Origin: a virus
Virus record (IMG/VR): IMGVR_UViG_3300026557_000002
Coordinates: 1 to 64,000 of that record
Direction: 5' to 3' (one strand)
Length of the DNA stretch: 64,000 nucleotides
Each line of letters opens with the position of its first letter. The first letter of the stretch is position 1. The notes under the pieces were generated by a model that saw nothing but the letters and a program-made list of their open reading frames with translations, was not told where the DNA came from and did no database searches. Positions 1 through 8,973 of the stretch are shown piece after piece. A program made the translations under genes and the position numbers.

Positions 1-326
1 TCCCTGTTCGTACCGAGCAGGTTCCCACTGGCCAGGTACGCACTGGTCAGGTCCGCACCGCGCAGGTCCGCACCGTGCAGGTTCGCACTGGACAGGTTCG
101 CACTGCACAGGTCCGCACCGCGCAGGTCCGCACCGCGCAGGTCCGCACCGTGCAGGTTCGCACTGGACAGGTTCGCACTGGACAGGTCCGCACTGCACAG
201 GTTCGCACTGGACAGGTCCGCACATACTTTAATCGCGGCCTGAAGCAAGGCAGCAAAACTTTCTGCCTCAGCCTGATATATAATTTTACGGCTATCCCAA
301 TATGATACTATTTTCATGTTTTCCAT
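1..326 (-). CDS. Pentapeptide-repeat protein (3'-partial, runs off the window)
   Basis: Not in the ORF track. ATG at 326 after an AGGA-type RBS reads [70 protein letters not shown]..., the canonical A[DN]LXX repeat. The listed QVRTA/VRTC ORFs are shadows of this gene. Confidence 0.92.
   Translation of the reverse strand, partial: MENMKIVSYWDSRKIIYQAEAESFAALLQAAIKVCADLSSANLCSADLSSANLSSANLHGADLRGADLRGADLCSANLSSANLHGADLRGADLTSAYLASGNLLGTNR
18..224. repeat. 15-bp tandem repeat (CAGGTYCGCACYGNN, ~14 copies), the coding repeat of the pentapeptide protein
   Basis: Directly visible; the 15-nt period equals 5 codons. Confidence 0.9.
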
Positions 327-929
327 TTTTCCTTTTTCCTTTTTTTTTAGATTAAGTTTTTCGAGCGAAACAAACTACTGCCAAGATTTGAAACAAAACA
401 GATAGAGCATAATGCTTTAGGGTACGCATCGGATATTTTCAACCCTACGCGGGATTGACTACCTCGCCTGTCTCGACAGAGTACACGGGATACGGGGCTT
501 TGTTATCCTCAAACCAGTCGTGGCCTAGGCAATATGTCTTCGGACCATTCTCGCACGGCGTATCCAGATTGCCGGCGCCAGGCCGCACTGATTTAATTCT
601 GTACTAATTTGACAAAGATTCTTCAGCGCAATAGCAGTCTTCAATTTCTTTTAGACGCGCGATTAACTCATCACGGTCATTAACTGTTACTTCCGGCCGC
701 AATTCATGTTCGATGATATATAGAATGTCTTTCATTGTAATATTTAATTTTTTCACGATTGCACCTGTTCGCTTTCCGACAAGACTTCACCGTTCATTGC
801 GCGATACCTTGTCTCCCGGGGCCCGGTTCGTTGATTTTAATCTCCCTTGCAAGTACAGACTACCAGTTAGCAGGAATAGTGTCAAGGGAAAAGGGAGTAC
901 TAAGGAGAATTGTGCCTATGGTACTAGGA

Positions 930-1457
930 CTACCAATTGACTACCTCTAACGAGGCGCCTGTATTCCGACAGGTTAGCGTAAAGACCGTAGGTAGGCTGC
1001 CAGTACCTTTCAGGACCTCCCTGTGCTTCTTTGGACAGATAGAGCATTTGAAGATAGCAACGGCGCGCCAAAGGCCGTCATACTCAACGGCGTGTTTGAT
1101 TAATCCCGTAATTCGGGGTAGGACGGCCGGATCGCCCTTTTGTTCTTGCTCTATTCTTAATTGGATCGTAGGGGACCATGAAGGTTTATTCGGTTGCGTC
1201 CAGCCAGACCATTTAGACTTGGGAAGCGAGTTAATGTACTCGATCAATTCCGGCGCTGGCTTAAACCATTCGCCATGCAAGGATAAGCGAGCGAATCTTA
1301 CATGAATTATACCCTCCTCCTCTGAATGTCCTTCTATCGTTGTTAGGCATGTTAGAACATCCGAGCTTGCCCATTTGTTAAATCTCTCCGATACTGGCTT
1401 ATCGGTGCGACCTATCTTGATGTTCTTTGTTTCCGTGCCTTGCATGAAATAAATCAT
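930..1457 (-). CDS. T5orf172/GIY-YIG-like domain protein
   Basis: N-terminal IYFMQ...IKIGRT...E..IH.RF....HGEWF..PELIEYI pattern; has its own promoter. Confidence 0.75.
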   Translation of the reverse strand: MIYFMQGTETKNIKIGRTDKPVSERFNKWASSDVLTCLTTIEGHSEEEGIIHVRFARLSLHGEWFKPAPELIEYINSLPKSKWSGWTQPNKPSWSPTIQLRIEQEQKGDPAVLPRITGLIKHAVEYDGLWRAVAIFKCSICPKKHREVLKGTGSLPTVFTLTCRNTGASLEVVNW

Positions 1458-1474
1458 AGTTACCCTCAGGCTAA

Positions 1475-1503
1475 ATCATAGCATATTGCGTCGAGAATGT
1501 CAA
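1475..1503 (-). promoter_or_regulatory. sigma70-type promoter
   Basis: TTGACA-17 nt-TATGAT with extended -10 TG, upstream of the 930..1457 gene. Confidence 0.75.
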
Positions 1504-2610
1504 GACAAAAGGCCGTTTAGAAAAGTGCGACAGAATACTCGGCAATTATTCTGTGGGGATCCAAGCCTTTCAGTACCCCCCCCCCTTTGAGTATTTTGAG
1601 CATTTATAATAGTATTTATACTCACTTCGGAGTATTTATTATTTATAATGCTTCGCTTTATATTCGCTTTTAAAATACTAAGTCCTTTAGAATCAATCAA
1701 AAAAAGAGGTCATCCTAATAGAACAAGGAATTCTGAGAGTATTTAATAGGTTCCTCCCGTTACTATGAAGAGACCGAATACCCACACAATCATAGGCAAG
1801 TTATTGTGTTGCACTTTGCCTTTGACCGATTATAAACAAGGCAAATCAGAGTATTTATAGTCAGGCGCCGATTATATTTGCTCACGGGCCAGCAAATAGG
1901 TATTCGATCCTGCAGAGCAAAAATTACTCGCGCGCCGGATCATGCGCGCTATCCTGAGCGCGTCCAGAGGTATGTCGTGATACTATCCGTCTGGTCCAAT
2001 GGAAGACAAGTGACAGAGACAATTCGGCCAGAAGAGACAAGCTAGACGCGAACAGAAGCCTAACGGCGCATTATATCGCACAAAGCAAAACACTTAGAGC
2101 CAAACGTTAAGAGTCAATGACCATATATGGGCAAATCAGGCAAACGGATGGACGGCGAAGCAATTCCGGCCGCGAACTCGAAAAGTCAAGAGCCAAAACT
2201 GATAATCAATACAATATTGATTTTAAAACACTGAAAACAAAGCATTTATTGCAATCGGCGCATTAAAACGGCCGTGCATTAACTAGGCGTGACAGCCAAG
2301 CAAAGCATCGATCCGAAGCGAACGGAAAAACGAAACACTGATTCTAAAGCACTTATTTTTTGGAATTCGAATTGCGGCCAGCACGTAGAGTACCGAAGCC
2401 AAGGCCGGCGGGAGTGCCGAGTCGTACCCGCCCCAGGCGGTTTTTTCCACCCGCCGACGTTAACGTGATTTGCCCTCAATAACTTACGGGTGTCACCGTG
2501 ACCGGTAGGGGTACCAACCCGGGCACCCCGCCCATGTCGGAGGCCCAGTCTCCCCATACCGTACCCGATTAGGGTATAAACGACCCCTGTAGGTACAGAA
2601 AGGAAAGGCG

Positions 2611-2820
2611 ATGCGCCGTAGAAAATTTCTCGATTGGCTCGGAACCGCGGCAGCGATCCCCGCGTTCGCTCCGCTAGTCAAATTGTTTCCGGAAACGGAC
2701 GTTGACTATTACCGCCGCAAGCAACAAAATGTTCGATCCCATTATTGAGCAAGCCGCAGCAGAGATAGGATGGCGGGCAGCCAAGTTTGCAACACAAGGT
2801 TTGAAAGATGAGCAAGTCTA
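2611..2820 (+). pseudogene. Small protein with a twin-arginine-like N-terminus, apparently frameshifted near 2697
   Basis: RBS AGGAAAGG, then MRRRKFLDWLGTAAAIPAFAP. The frame stops at 2748, but the +1 frame continues TLTITAASNKMFDPIIEQAAAEIGWRAAK... to TAA at 2820, overlapping the next ATG. Confidence 0.45.
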
Positions 2821-2993
2821 ACATCACCAAGACCGAAAAGCTCCCAGGCGGCCGTCTCCGCCTTCATTTCGAAACCGACTCAGGCACCATGGTCTACGAA
2901 TACGGCAAGGTGAACGCAGCCGGCTATCACAAAGGTCAGGATCCGAGCGAACTCCACGGGCGGCTAGTAGAGCACAAGAAGAAAGAGAAATGA
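2808..2993 (+). CDS. Hypothetical protein
   Basis: Tightly packed ORF; ATGA overlap with the next gene. Confidence 0.65.
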   Translation: MSKSNITKTEKLPGGRLRLHFETDSGTMVYEYGKVNAAGYHKGQDPSELHGRLVEHKKKEK

Positions 2994-3178
2994 CAGCAAT
3001 TTGTTCTCGATGTTCCAAAGATACCGGCAGCCCGCTCCCTGATAGCGGGATAACCGCAGGCTATTACACGGCCAGAGGCTGGGAACAGTTCGCTAATCTC
3101 GGCGAAGAGTTTATTTGCGATTCGTGTATGTGGTCGGACCCGAGGTACATTGCCGTATACGGACGAACCGATGCCTAA
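2990..3178 (+). CDS. Small Cys-pair (Zn-finger-like) protein
   Basis: CxxC...CxxC; coupled to its neighbours. Confidence 0.65.
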   Translation: MTAICSRCSKDTGSPLPDSGITAGYYTARGWEQFANLGEEFICDSCMWSDPRYIAVYGRTDA

Positions 3179-3383
3179 CGATTACGAGATCGCGCGCCAA
3201 GCCAGAAAGCATTCCCCGACCTCCGACCAGGCTAGCGGGAAGTTGCCGCCCTCGAGAGGCGAATCGGTCAAGCCGGACTTTCTTTTGTCTCACGAGAACC
3301 ACTTCGATCGGAATGTCGTGACCCCGGAGAATCTAATCCAAGGCGGCATTCTCGAAGGTAAGCAACCGGTGAAAACAACATGA
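3171..3383 (+). CDS. Hypothetical protein with YEIARQARK motif
   Basis: ATG at 3171 overlaps the previous gene's end; motif shared with other small proteins. Confidence 0.6.
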   Translation: MPNDYEIARQARKHSPTSDQASGKLPPSRGESVKPDFLLSHENHFDRNVVTPENLIQGGILEGKQPVKTT

Positions 3384-3556
3384 GCCTATCCACAATTTTG
3401 AATCAAGTCGATCAGTACATCAAGGTCAAGCCGTGGCTGCAGTTCGTCGGCTACATGTTGGCATTTGGCGGTCTGGTTTCTCGACATCCCATGCTCGCCT
3501 ACGTAGGTCTAGGCGTCTCGATGGCTGGCTGGTTATATACAAAGATTTATCCATGA
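3380..3556 (+). CDS. Small membrane protein (58 aa)
   Basis: Below the ORF-track cut-off. MSLSTILNQVDQYIKVKPWLQFVGYMLAFGGLVSRHPMLAYVGLGVSMAGWLYTKIYP, two hydrophobic segments, ATGA overlap. Confidence 0.6.
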   Translation: MSLSTILNQVDQYIKVKPWLQFVGYMLAFGGLVSRHPMLAYVGLGVSMAGWLYTKIYP

Positions 3557-3677
3557 GGTCCCATGTACTGGAAGACCAAGGTCTCGCTCAAGTCTAAAAT
3601 CTATGAGCTGATAATATTCCGCGTCTTCCGGTTGTTCGGAATAGATTTTGGATTCATGAAGATCAAGAAGGTGGCAG

Positions 3678-4034
3678 ATGGCGATAACGCCCAGCGAGAA
3701 AAACCAAAAGAAATTTGACGGCGACGTTCCGCAGCTTTTAAATGTGGAACTCCAGCCAAACGCGCGCTCCAACAAAACCATCGTTGAACAAACGACCGTA
3801 GGCGTTACAGCCAAGTCCGGTGCTACCCGCCCAGAAGGCAAGTCCGATGAGGTGACCCAAACCCTCCGATCCGGCAGTTTGCCGACTAGCGAGGCAGTCC
3901 GCGAAGTTGATCTGAAGGCTAACCCCGGCGTCCGTGAAAGAGCCCAGCAACAGCAAGAAGGCCGCGGAGACGGGAATCCGAAGAAGCGAACTCGGGCCGT
4001 TTGGGGTCAGGGTACGGAGCACGCAAAGGAATAA
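3678..4034 (+). CDS. Hydrophilic hypothetical protein (shares a motif with 13583..13897)
   Basis: RBS GAAGG; LRSGSLPTSEAVREV motif. Confidence 0.7.
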   Translation: MAITPSEKNQKKFDGDVPQLLNVELQPNARSNKTIVEQTTVGVTAKSGATRPEGKSDEVTQTLRSGSLPTSEAVREVDLKANPGVRERAQQQQEGRGDGNPKKRTRAVWGQGTEHAKE

Positions 4035-4054
4035 TACTCCACTAGGAGAAATTC

Positions 4055-4717
4055 TTGATAAAAACACGAGAACAAGCATTAGAATATTTTACCAAGTATA
4101 ATTACGACCATCTTCCGGGTAAAGATCCGAATACTTTTAAGCCTTTTCTTGGCGCTAAGGTTCTTGATATTGGCGCAAATCTAGGAATGGTTACGGCTTT
4201 CTGGGCACTTAACGGTTCCGAAGTTACATCTTACGAGGCAGATCCCGAAACCTATAAGATCATGACCGACATGTTTGCTCGGATCAATATCGATGTGAGC
4301 GCCATCAACGCCGCAGTCTGGACATACACAGGTCAAGTTAGTTTCAAAGGTGTTGGGCATTTAGATGGAACTCGAGAGTGCCGCAACGGTAATATAGAAT
4401 CTGGACTGGATTCGATTTTTGTTCCTTGCGTTACCTTGTCGCAAGCCTTAGGTAATACTGTTTGGGATTGTGTAAAGATAGATATCGAGAGCGCAGAGTA
4501 CGCTGTTTTGATGAGCACCGACGTAGAATTTTTGAAGAATACTCGGTACATGCATTTAGAACTTCACGAAGACAGGCATTGCCCCAATGACGGGTGGTTG
4601 ACGGAGTCTCAGATATCACATCTACGAGAAAAATTAGAACCTGCATTTGATATTCAGGGCAGCGTTTACTCTTCTAGTTTTTGGCATTTGAAAAATAAAA
4701 AGCATTTCTCGCTATAG
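4055..4717 (+). CDS. FkbM-family SAM-dependent methyltransferase
   Basis: VLDIGANLG, YEAD, VKIDIESAE and HLELH motifs. Confidence 0.88.
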   Translation: MIKTREQALEYFTKYNYDHLPGKDPNTFKPFLGAKVLDIGANLGMVTAFWALNGSEVTSYEADPETYKIMTDMFARINIDVSAINAAVWTYTGQVSFKGVGHLDGTRECRNGNIESGLDSIFVPCVTLSQALGNTVWDCVKIDIESAEYAVLMSTDVEFLKNTRYMHLELHEDRHCPNDGWLTESQISHLREKLEPAFDIQGSVYSSSFWHLKNKKHFSL

Positions 4718-4744
4718 TTTTTCTTTATTCCCCAAGGAGGAAAT

Positions 4745-5041
4745 ATGGCAAATCTTCAAAAAGTAATTGTAGTAGGTTGTGCCATTTTAGCAGACGGCGT
4801 TAACTCAACTTATCAAATTGATTTATTGCGAGATCCGTACTTTATAAGTTTCCAAGGTAACGGATTCGGCGAACTTCCAGTAGATTGGTTTTCAGAGAAT
4901 TCGCTTAGAAATCAACCGGTAGGAGTGGTGCCAGTTAGTTCGCCGGATTCAATCTCTTTGTCGGATAATGTAGTTACGTATACATATGCAACTCCTCCCA
5001 GCGCCGGAGTAGTAGCGATATCTTTTGGTTTGCTGTTCTAA
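4745..5041 (+). CDS. Hypothetical (possibly virion) protein
   Basis: Strong RBS AAGGAGG; beta-rich composition. Confidence 0.7.
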   Translation: MANLQKVIVVGCAILADGVNSTYQIDLLRDPYFISFQGNGFGELPVDWFSENSLRNQPVGVVPVSSPDSISLSDNVVTYTYATPPSAGVVAISFGLLF

Positions 5042-5562
5042 TGATCGTAGATATACAAGACAATGGCCGTAGCGAGATTTGGCAAACGTTAATCGGTTTA
5101 CAAAAAGAATACAATTTGACTACGTTCGTTGAAACAGGAACGCAAGAGGGATCAACGTCAGAAGCTGTTTGTGATTCGTTTGAGTGCGCGTACTCTATTG
5201 AATCCGATTCGTATAATTATAATCTCGCGGTTAATCGACTTAAAGGAAGAAATGTCAATCTTATTCTAGGCTCAAGTGGAATAGAATTACCACGCTTGCT
5301 TATAACTAATAAGATTACGAAGGCGCTCTTTTGGTTAGATGCTCACGGTAATGAGCACGACGAAACGGCCGAAAATCAGATCCCTTTAGAATTAAAGGCT
5401 ATAAAAGATCATGCCCCTGAATCCCTCGTGGCCATAGATGACGTTATCCAGCACGAGGGCAAGTTTAAAATAAACGATACTTACTGGTTTGAAATACCGG
5501 AATTCTGGGACATCAAGCATTTTCCAAACATGCAGATTATGATTTTATGGAAAAAACCTTAA
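5041..5562 (+). CDS. SAM-dependent methyltransferase-like protein
   Basis: FVETGT..G, YSIE, LILGSS, LFWLDAH and VAIDD motifs. Confidence 0.75.
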   Translation: MIVDIQDNGRSEIWQTLIGLQKEYNLTTFVETGTQEGSTSEAVCDSFECAYSIESDSYNYNLAVNRLKGRNVNLILGSSGIELPRLLITNKITKALFWLDAHGNEHDETAENQIPLELKAIKDHAPESLVAIDDVIQHEGKFKINDTYWFEIPEFWDIKHFPNMQIMILWKKP

Positions 5563-6176
5563 TTGCCATCCTGAGTTGCCAGCGAGACCGCGGACACCAC
5601 CAAATGGTCCGAAACACCTGGCTGAAAGGCACCGAAATCGATTATGCTTTCTTCTTAGGGAACGGCACAAAGTCCGAATCCAAAGACGAAATAGTATTAG
5701 ACGCACCCGATGATTATCGTAGGCTATCCCGCAAGGTATGGTGTGTCTTTGAATATGCCGTCCAGAATGGATATGATTACGTTTTCAAATGCGATGTCGA
5801 TACTTACGTTCACATCCCCAGGCTGATGAAGTCTGGATTTGAGGAGCACGACTATCTTGGGCATTATGGCGGTAGCGGGTATTGGGTTAGCCAGAAGGCA
5901 ATGAGTTTGCTCCTGCCTCTTGAACTAGATTGGGCAGACGCAGAAGACGAATTGGTATTTAGAAACTTAGCACGACTAGGCGTCTCAGCCACCGAGGAAA
6001 GAAGGTTCAACTCTCGTACATCGGAAGGTCCGCAAGAGGATAATGACATCATTACGGCGCACTGGTATTCGGATCGAGATGTCAAGCCGAGAGAAAGAAT
6101 AATTAGAACCGCCGAAAGATTTAGTTTGATTCCGAAGTACTACGAAAAATCTAAAAGTATTAAGGGAGATAGATGA
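5547..6176 (+). CDS. Glycosyltransferase (GT31/galactosyltransferase-like, GT-A fold)
   Basis: R.TW, DDY..L..K, FKCDVDTYV (DxD), GGSGY..S and ED motifs. Confidence 0.82.
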   Translation: MEKTLIAILSCQRDRGHHQMVRNTWLKGTEIDYAFFLGNGTKSESKDEIVLDAPDDYRRLSRKVWCVFEYAVQNGYDYVFKCDVDTYVHIPRLMKSGFEEHDYLGHYGGSGYWVSQKAMSLLLPLELDWADAEDELVFRNLARLGVSATEERRFNSRTSEGPQEDNDIITAHWYSDRDVKPRERIIRTAERFSLIPKYYEKSKSIKGDR

Positions 6177-6823
6177 GCAATCCAGTAATTGACAGTGTAA
6201 TCGTAGATGCCGCAGTTACCCAAATTACCGTTTCTGGTAGCGGGTTCAAGCCGAGTTCTTCGGCACCCTCCGTCAGATTTAACGGCTCAACGTTAACCGT
6301 TTCGTCTTCTTCTGATACATTGTTCGTTGCTTCTTTGCCCGGCGGTCTTAGCACCGGTTCGTATCTTCTTGAGGTAGAGAACTCGGATACATTTTCAATT
6401 GTAGCCGTATTTGAAGTTTATGTAGCACAACAAAGCAGTTTCTTTATCGGCTGGTGTTCCCTATCCAATATGATCGGGGCCATAACCAACGTTACACTTA
6501 GTACCACGCCCGTCCAGATTCCCGCTTTTGGCGCGTCCATTAACAGTTCTGGAATTGCGTCAGGGAGCGGAAGACTCACAGACTTTTTGTTAAGTTCAGA
6601 TCAAGCGGTTCCTGGCGGAGCCACTCAACTCCAGGGCTCAATCAAAAACGTAACAACAAGCACTACGTTAGGTCCAGTCGGGGTTAATTCAGGTAACTAC
6701 AACGGACTTTTTAGTTCCAGCCTTAACTTCAGCGACGGCGATCAGATCGTCGTCATTCTAGAAGTAACAGGTAGTTCAACAATGTTCCCCGGTATTCGCT
6801 GGGTCGTAGGATTCGGAGAATAG
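6173..6823 (+). CDS. IPT/TIG (Ig-like) domain protein, probably virion-associated
   Basis: PVIDSV...ITVSGSGF...VRFNG..L.V.S.SDT.....LP..L..GSY.L.V pattern. Confidence 0.7.
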   Translation: MSNPVIDSVIVDAAVTQITVSGSGFKPSSSAPSVRFNGSTLTVSSSSDTLFVASLPGGLSTGSYLLEVENSDTFSIVAVFEVYVAQQSSFFIGWCSLSNMIGAITNVTLSTTPVQIPAFGASINSSGIASGSGRLTDFLLSSDQAVPGGATQLQGSIKNVTTSTTLGPVGVNSGNYNGLFSSSLNFSDGDQIVVILEVTGSSTMFPGIRWVVGFGE

Positions 6824-6831
6824 GAGATAAA

Positions 6832-7032
6832 ATGATTCTCGCACTAGGCGTCGGGGCCGCAGTCGCCCTCATAGGTTATCGCGAATACAAACATTATGGC
6901 ACCGCGGCCATCGTCGCGGCTGTCAAGGCAGAGGTCTCCAAGATCGAAGGCGAAGTTGTATCCGGAACGCTATTGGCCACAGTTAAGGCCGACGCACTAG
7001 CGGTAGTCGCCCGTCTGAAGGCTCTGCTGTAG
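6832..7032 (+). CDS. Small protein with N-terminal hydrophobic segment
   Basis: RBS AGGAG; hydrophobic N-terminus. Confidence 0.65.
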   Translation: MILALGVGAAVALIGYREYKHYGTAAIVAAVKAEVSKIEGEVVSGTLLATVKADALAVVARLKALL

Positions 7033-7068
7033 ACATCTCGACCCGGCCGTGGTATCCTGTTTGTTCTG

Positions 7069-7143
7069 GGTGCCAATAGTGTCAAAGTAGCACGTCGCCT
7101 TGTGACGGCGCAGGTTCTCGTGCAAGTCGAGATCGGCACCCCA
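7069..7143 (+). tRNA. tRNA-His(GTG)
   Basis: Cloverleaf with G-1/C73, anticodon loop TTGTGAC, encoded CCA, non-canonical T-loop TGCAAGT. Confidence 0.8.
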
Positions 7144-7176
7144 AAATTTTAAATCTATGACCAAAGGTCTGAGATT

Positions 7177-7629
7177 ATGAACTCCAGAAAAGAAAGAGTA
7201 ATTCAGCAGTTAGGTATGTCTCCGGGCGCCGCAGCCCACAGACTCAGGAAAATTATTCTTTTTAATTTTCTAAAAAGATTAGGCGAGGATTCTTGCTTTG
7301 TTTGCAAAAGGCGAATAGAAACCATAGATAGTCTGAGCATCGAGCATAAATTGCCTTGGGAGAACCGTTCCGCGGAGCTTTTCTGGGATTTAAACAATAT
7401 TGCCTTTTCTCATCTCGGATGTAATCGTCAGCATAAAAGTTCGTCTGGAAACCCTCAAACGTTAGCAGAACACCCCAGACATACGAAGACTAAGAATGCT
7501 CCAGAAGGTACTGCTTGGTGTTCCGGACACAATGATTATTTATTGATCGAAGCCTTCCATTCCAATGTTCGAAACGTCAACGGTGTGGCGTCATATTGCA
7601 AGGAATGCCGTAAAGTTCGACTAGATTAA
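7177..7629 (+). CDS. HNH endonuclease (free-standing, within the tRNA region)
   Basis: CFVC...LSIEHK...DLNNIAFSHLGCN; C-terminal C..H...FH........YCKEC Zn module. Confidence 0.8.
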   Translation: MNSRKERVIQQLGMSPGAAAHRLRKIILFNFLKRLGEDSCFVCKRRIETIDSLSIEHKLPWENRSAELFWDLNNIAFSHLGCNRQHKSSSGNPQTLAEHPRHTKTKNAPEGTAWCSGHNDYLLIEAFHSNVRNVNGVASYCKECRKVRLD

Positions 7630-7683
7630 AAATAGTCGAAAATAACCCTTGACAAGATCCCCGAAGTATGAGAGTATCTGTTC

Positions 7684-8001
7684 ATGGGACGAAACAAGCC
7701 GACCCTGATGGCGGTCTTCCGGAAGTACAACCGGTTATACTTCGGCTCTAAGTTGAAGGTATCCGATGTACGGTTTGGACGCATCCGCCCCAAAGGCGCA
7801 GGCGAGACATCGTTCTTCTCAGACTGTCCTCCGATCATAACGGTCGACAGGCAGTTGATGTCTTACGGCCGATTCGCTCGAATGGTTCTGCTTCACGAAA
7901 TGGTTCACGCAAGCGCGCACCACGACGTCGGCCACGGACCAAAATTTGTCAAAAGGATTAAACGGCTTGTCAGGCAAGGTGCTTATGACGATCTGCTATA
8001 A
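7684..8001 (+). CDS. SprT-like zinc metalloprotease
   Basis: YNRLYFG..L, LLHEMVH and HGPKF motifs. Confidence 0.8.
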   Translation: MGRNKPTLMAVFRKYNRLYFGSKLKVSDVRFGRIRPKGAGETSFFSDCPPIITVDRQLMSYGRFARMVLLHEMVHASAHHDVGHGPKFVKRIKRLVRQGAYDDLL

Positions 8002-8009
8002 AGTTTAAT

Positions 8010-8088
8010 CGGAGAGTAGAGGAGTTTGGCTTATCTCGTTCCCTTCGGAAGGGAAAGCACACTGGTTCGAATCCAGTTTCTCCGACCA
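8010..8088 (+). tRNA. tRNA-Pro(CGG)
   Basis: Anticodon arm TTCCC-TTCGGAA-GGGAA, T-loop TTCGAAT, ACCA end. Confidence 0.88.
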
Positions 8089-8095
8089 TTTTAAT

Positions 8096-8184
8096 CGAGG
8101 TGTAGGTCCGTAATCTGGCAGCGGTCTCGCTTTGGAAGCGAGTGCGGAAACGCCTTGGAGGTTCAATTCCTCCCATCTCGACCA
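8096..8184 (+). tRNA. tRNA-Pro(TGG) with long variable arm
   Basis: CTCGC-TTTGGAA-GCGAG; variable arm GCG-GAAA-CGC; T-loop TTCAATT; ACCA. Confidence 0.85.
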
Positions 8185-8190
8185 GTTTTC

Positions 8191-8478
8191 AGGTACACCG
8201 ACAAAGTCGCGTAATGGCCTGAAAAGTACGGCCCCAGCCCATGGCCTTAAACGGGACGCTAGCGATCGTAGACCGCTACTGGCAATCAAGTGATGGATTG
8301 CAAAAAGATTCAGTCCAACATGTGTTTCCGCGGAACACGAGTCGCGCGCTGGTTAGGCTCACCGGACTGATAGCGAGGACGTTAAACTACCGAGATGGCG
8401 TCTGTGAAACTCGGCTCGCACTGCCCCGGCGGTGGCCTCGTAACCGCCCGGATTTTAATCCGGCTGGCGCTCCACCAC
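8191..8478 (+). ncRNA. Unidentified structured RNA within the tRNA array, ending in CCACCA
   Basis: Dense hairpins and a possible pseudoknot; no convincing ORF; flanked by tRNA or tRNA-like genes. Confidence 0.45.
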
Positions 8479-8485
8479 TTTCTGT

Positions 8486-8571
8486 GGGATTTGAGTTCGA
8501 AAAGAAACGAATAGTCGCGCGAGGCTTAAGACGGACGCGAAAGGTCTCGGTTAAAATTCCGAGCGATCCCA
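8486..8571 (+). ncRNA. tRNA-like element with an enlarged anticodon loop
   Basis: GGGATT/GATCCC acceptor, GTTCG/CGAAT D-arm, TCGCG-(16 nt)-CGCGA, CTCGG-TTAAAATT-CCGAG T-arm, no CCA. Confidence 0.5.
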
Positions 8572-8579
8572 GATTTCTA

Positions 8580-8654
8580 TAGCGTGTAATTCAGTGGCAG
8601 AATGCGATTCTGATAAAATCGTCGTCGGTTGTCCGATTCAACCCATGCCTACCA
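8580..8654 (+). tRNA. tRNA-Ile(GAT), imperfect acceptor stem
   Basis: CGATT-CTGATAA-AATCG and ACCA. The 5' acceptor strand appears one G short; T-loop is TCCGATT. Confidence 0.7.
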
Positions 8655-8655
8655 T

Positions 8656-8729
8656 CGCAGCGGAGAATGGGTATTCAAGTCTGTCTCATAAGCAGACCTC
8701 CGTCAGATCGTCTCTGACCCCTGCGACCA
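8656..8729 (+). tRNA. tRNA-Met/Ile2(CAT), divergent
   Basis: TCTGT-CTCATAA-GCAGA and ACCA; atypical D-arm and T-loop (ATCGTCT). Confidence 0.6.
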
Positions 8730-8737
8730 TTTTCAAA

Positions 8738-8811
8738 GCGGGCTTGGCCGATTGGCTAGGCTCTGGTCTTCCAAACCAGCTAAGCGAATTCGATTTTCGC
8801 AGCCCGCTCCA
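8738..8811 (+). tRNA. tRNA-Gly(TCC)
   Basis: GCGGGCT/AGCCCGC acceptor, U73, CTGGT-CTTCCAA-ACCAG. Confidence 0.9.
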
Positions 8812-8816
8812 GTTTT

Positions 8817-8890
8817 GCTTGACTCGTACAAAGGTAATACGACGGTTTCGTAAACCGTTAATAAAAGTTCGAGTCTTTTGTCAAGCTCCA
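8817..8890 (+). tRNA. tRNA-Thr(CGT)
   Basis: ACGGT-TTCGTAA-ACCGT; GCTTGAC/GTCAAGC acceptor; TCCA. Confidence 0.88.
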
Positions 8891-8898
8891 AGTTCCAA

Positions 8899-8972
8899 GC
8901 TGCTATCGTTCAGTGGTAGGACATCGCTTTGGTAAAGCGGTAACTCACGTTCGATTCGTGGTAGTAGCTCCA
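8899..8972 (+). tRNA. tRNA-Thr(GGT)
   Basis: TCGCT-TTGGTAA-AGCGG; T-loop TTCGATT; TCCA. Confidence 0.88.
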
Positions 8973-8973
8973 A

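Noticed and set aside
18-224. CRISPR array, or QVRTA/VRTC repeat proteins
   Set aside because: The repeats have no spacers, and the minus-strand frame encodes a canonical A[DN]LXX pentapeptide protein with start codon and RBS.
7150-7179. Kissing-loop leader on the HNH gene at 7177
   Set aside because: Only a single imperfect hairpin (AATCT..GACC-AAA-GGTC..AGATT) is present, with no dedicated TTGACA promoter.
8191-8571. tmRNA (standard or permuted), RNase P RNA or hammerhead ribozyme
   Set aside because: The 3' CTCCACCA is tmRNA-like, but no complementary GGGGC 5' end or tag peptide was found. RNase P and CUGAUGA cores are absent.
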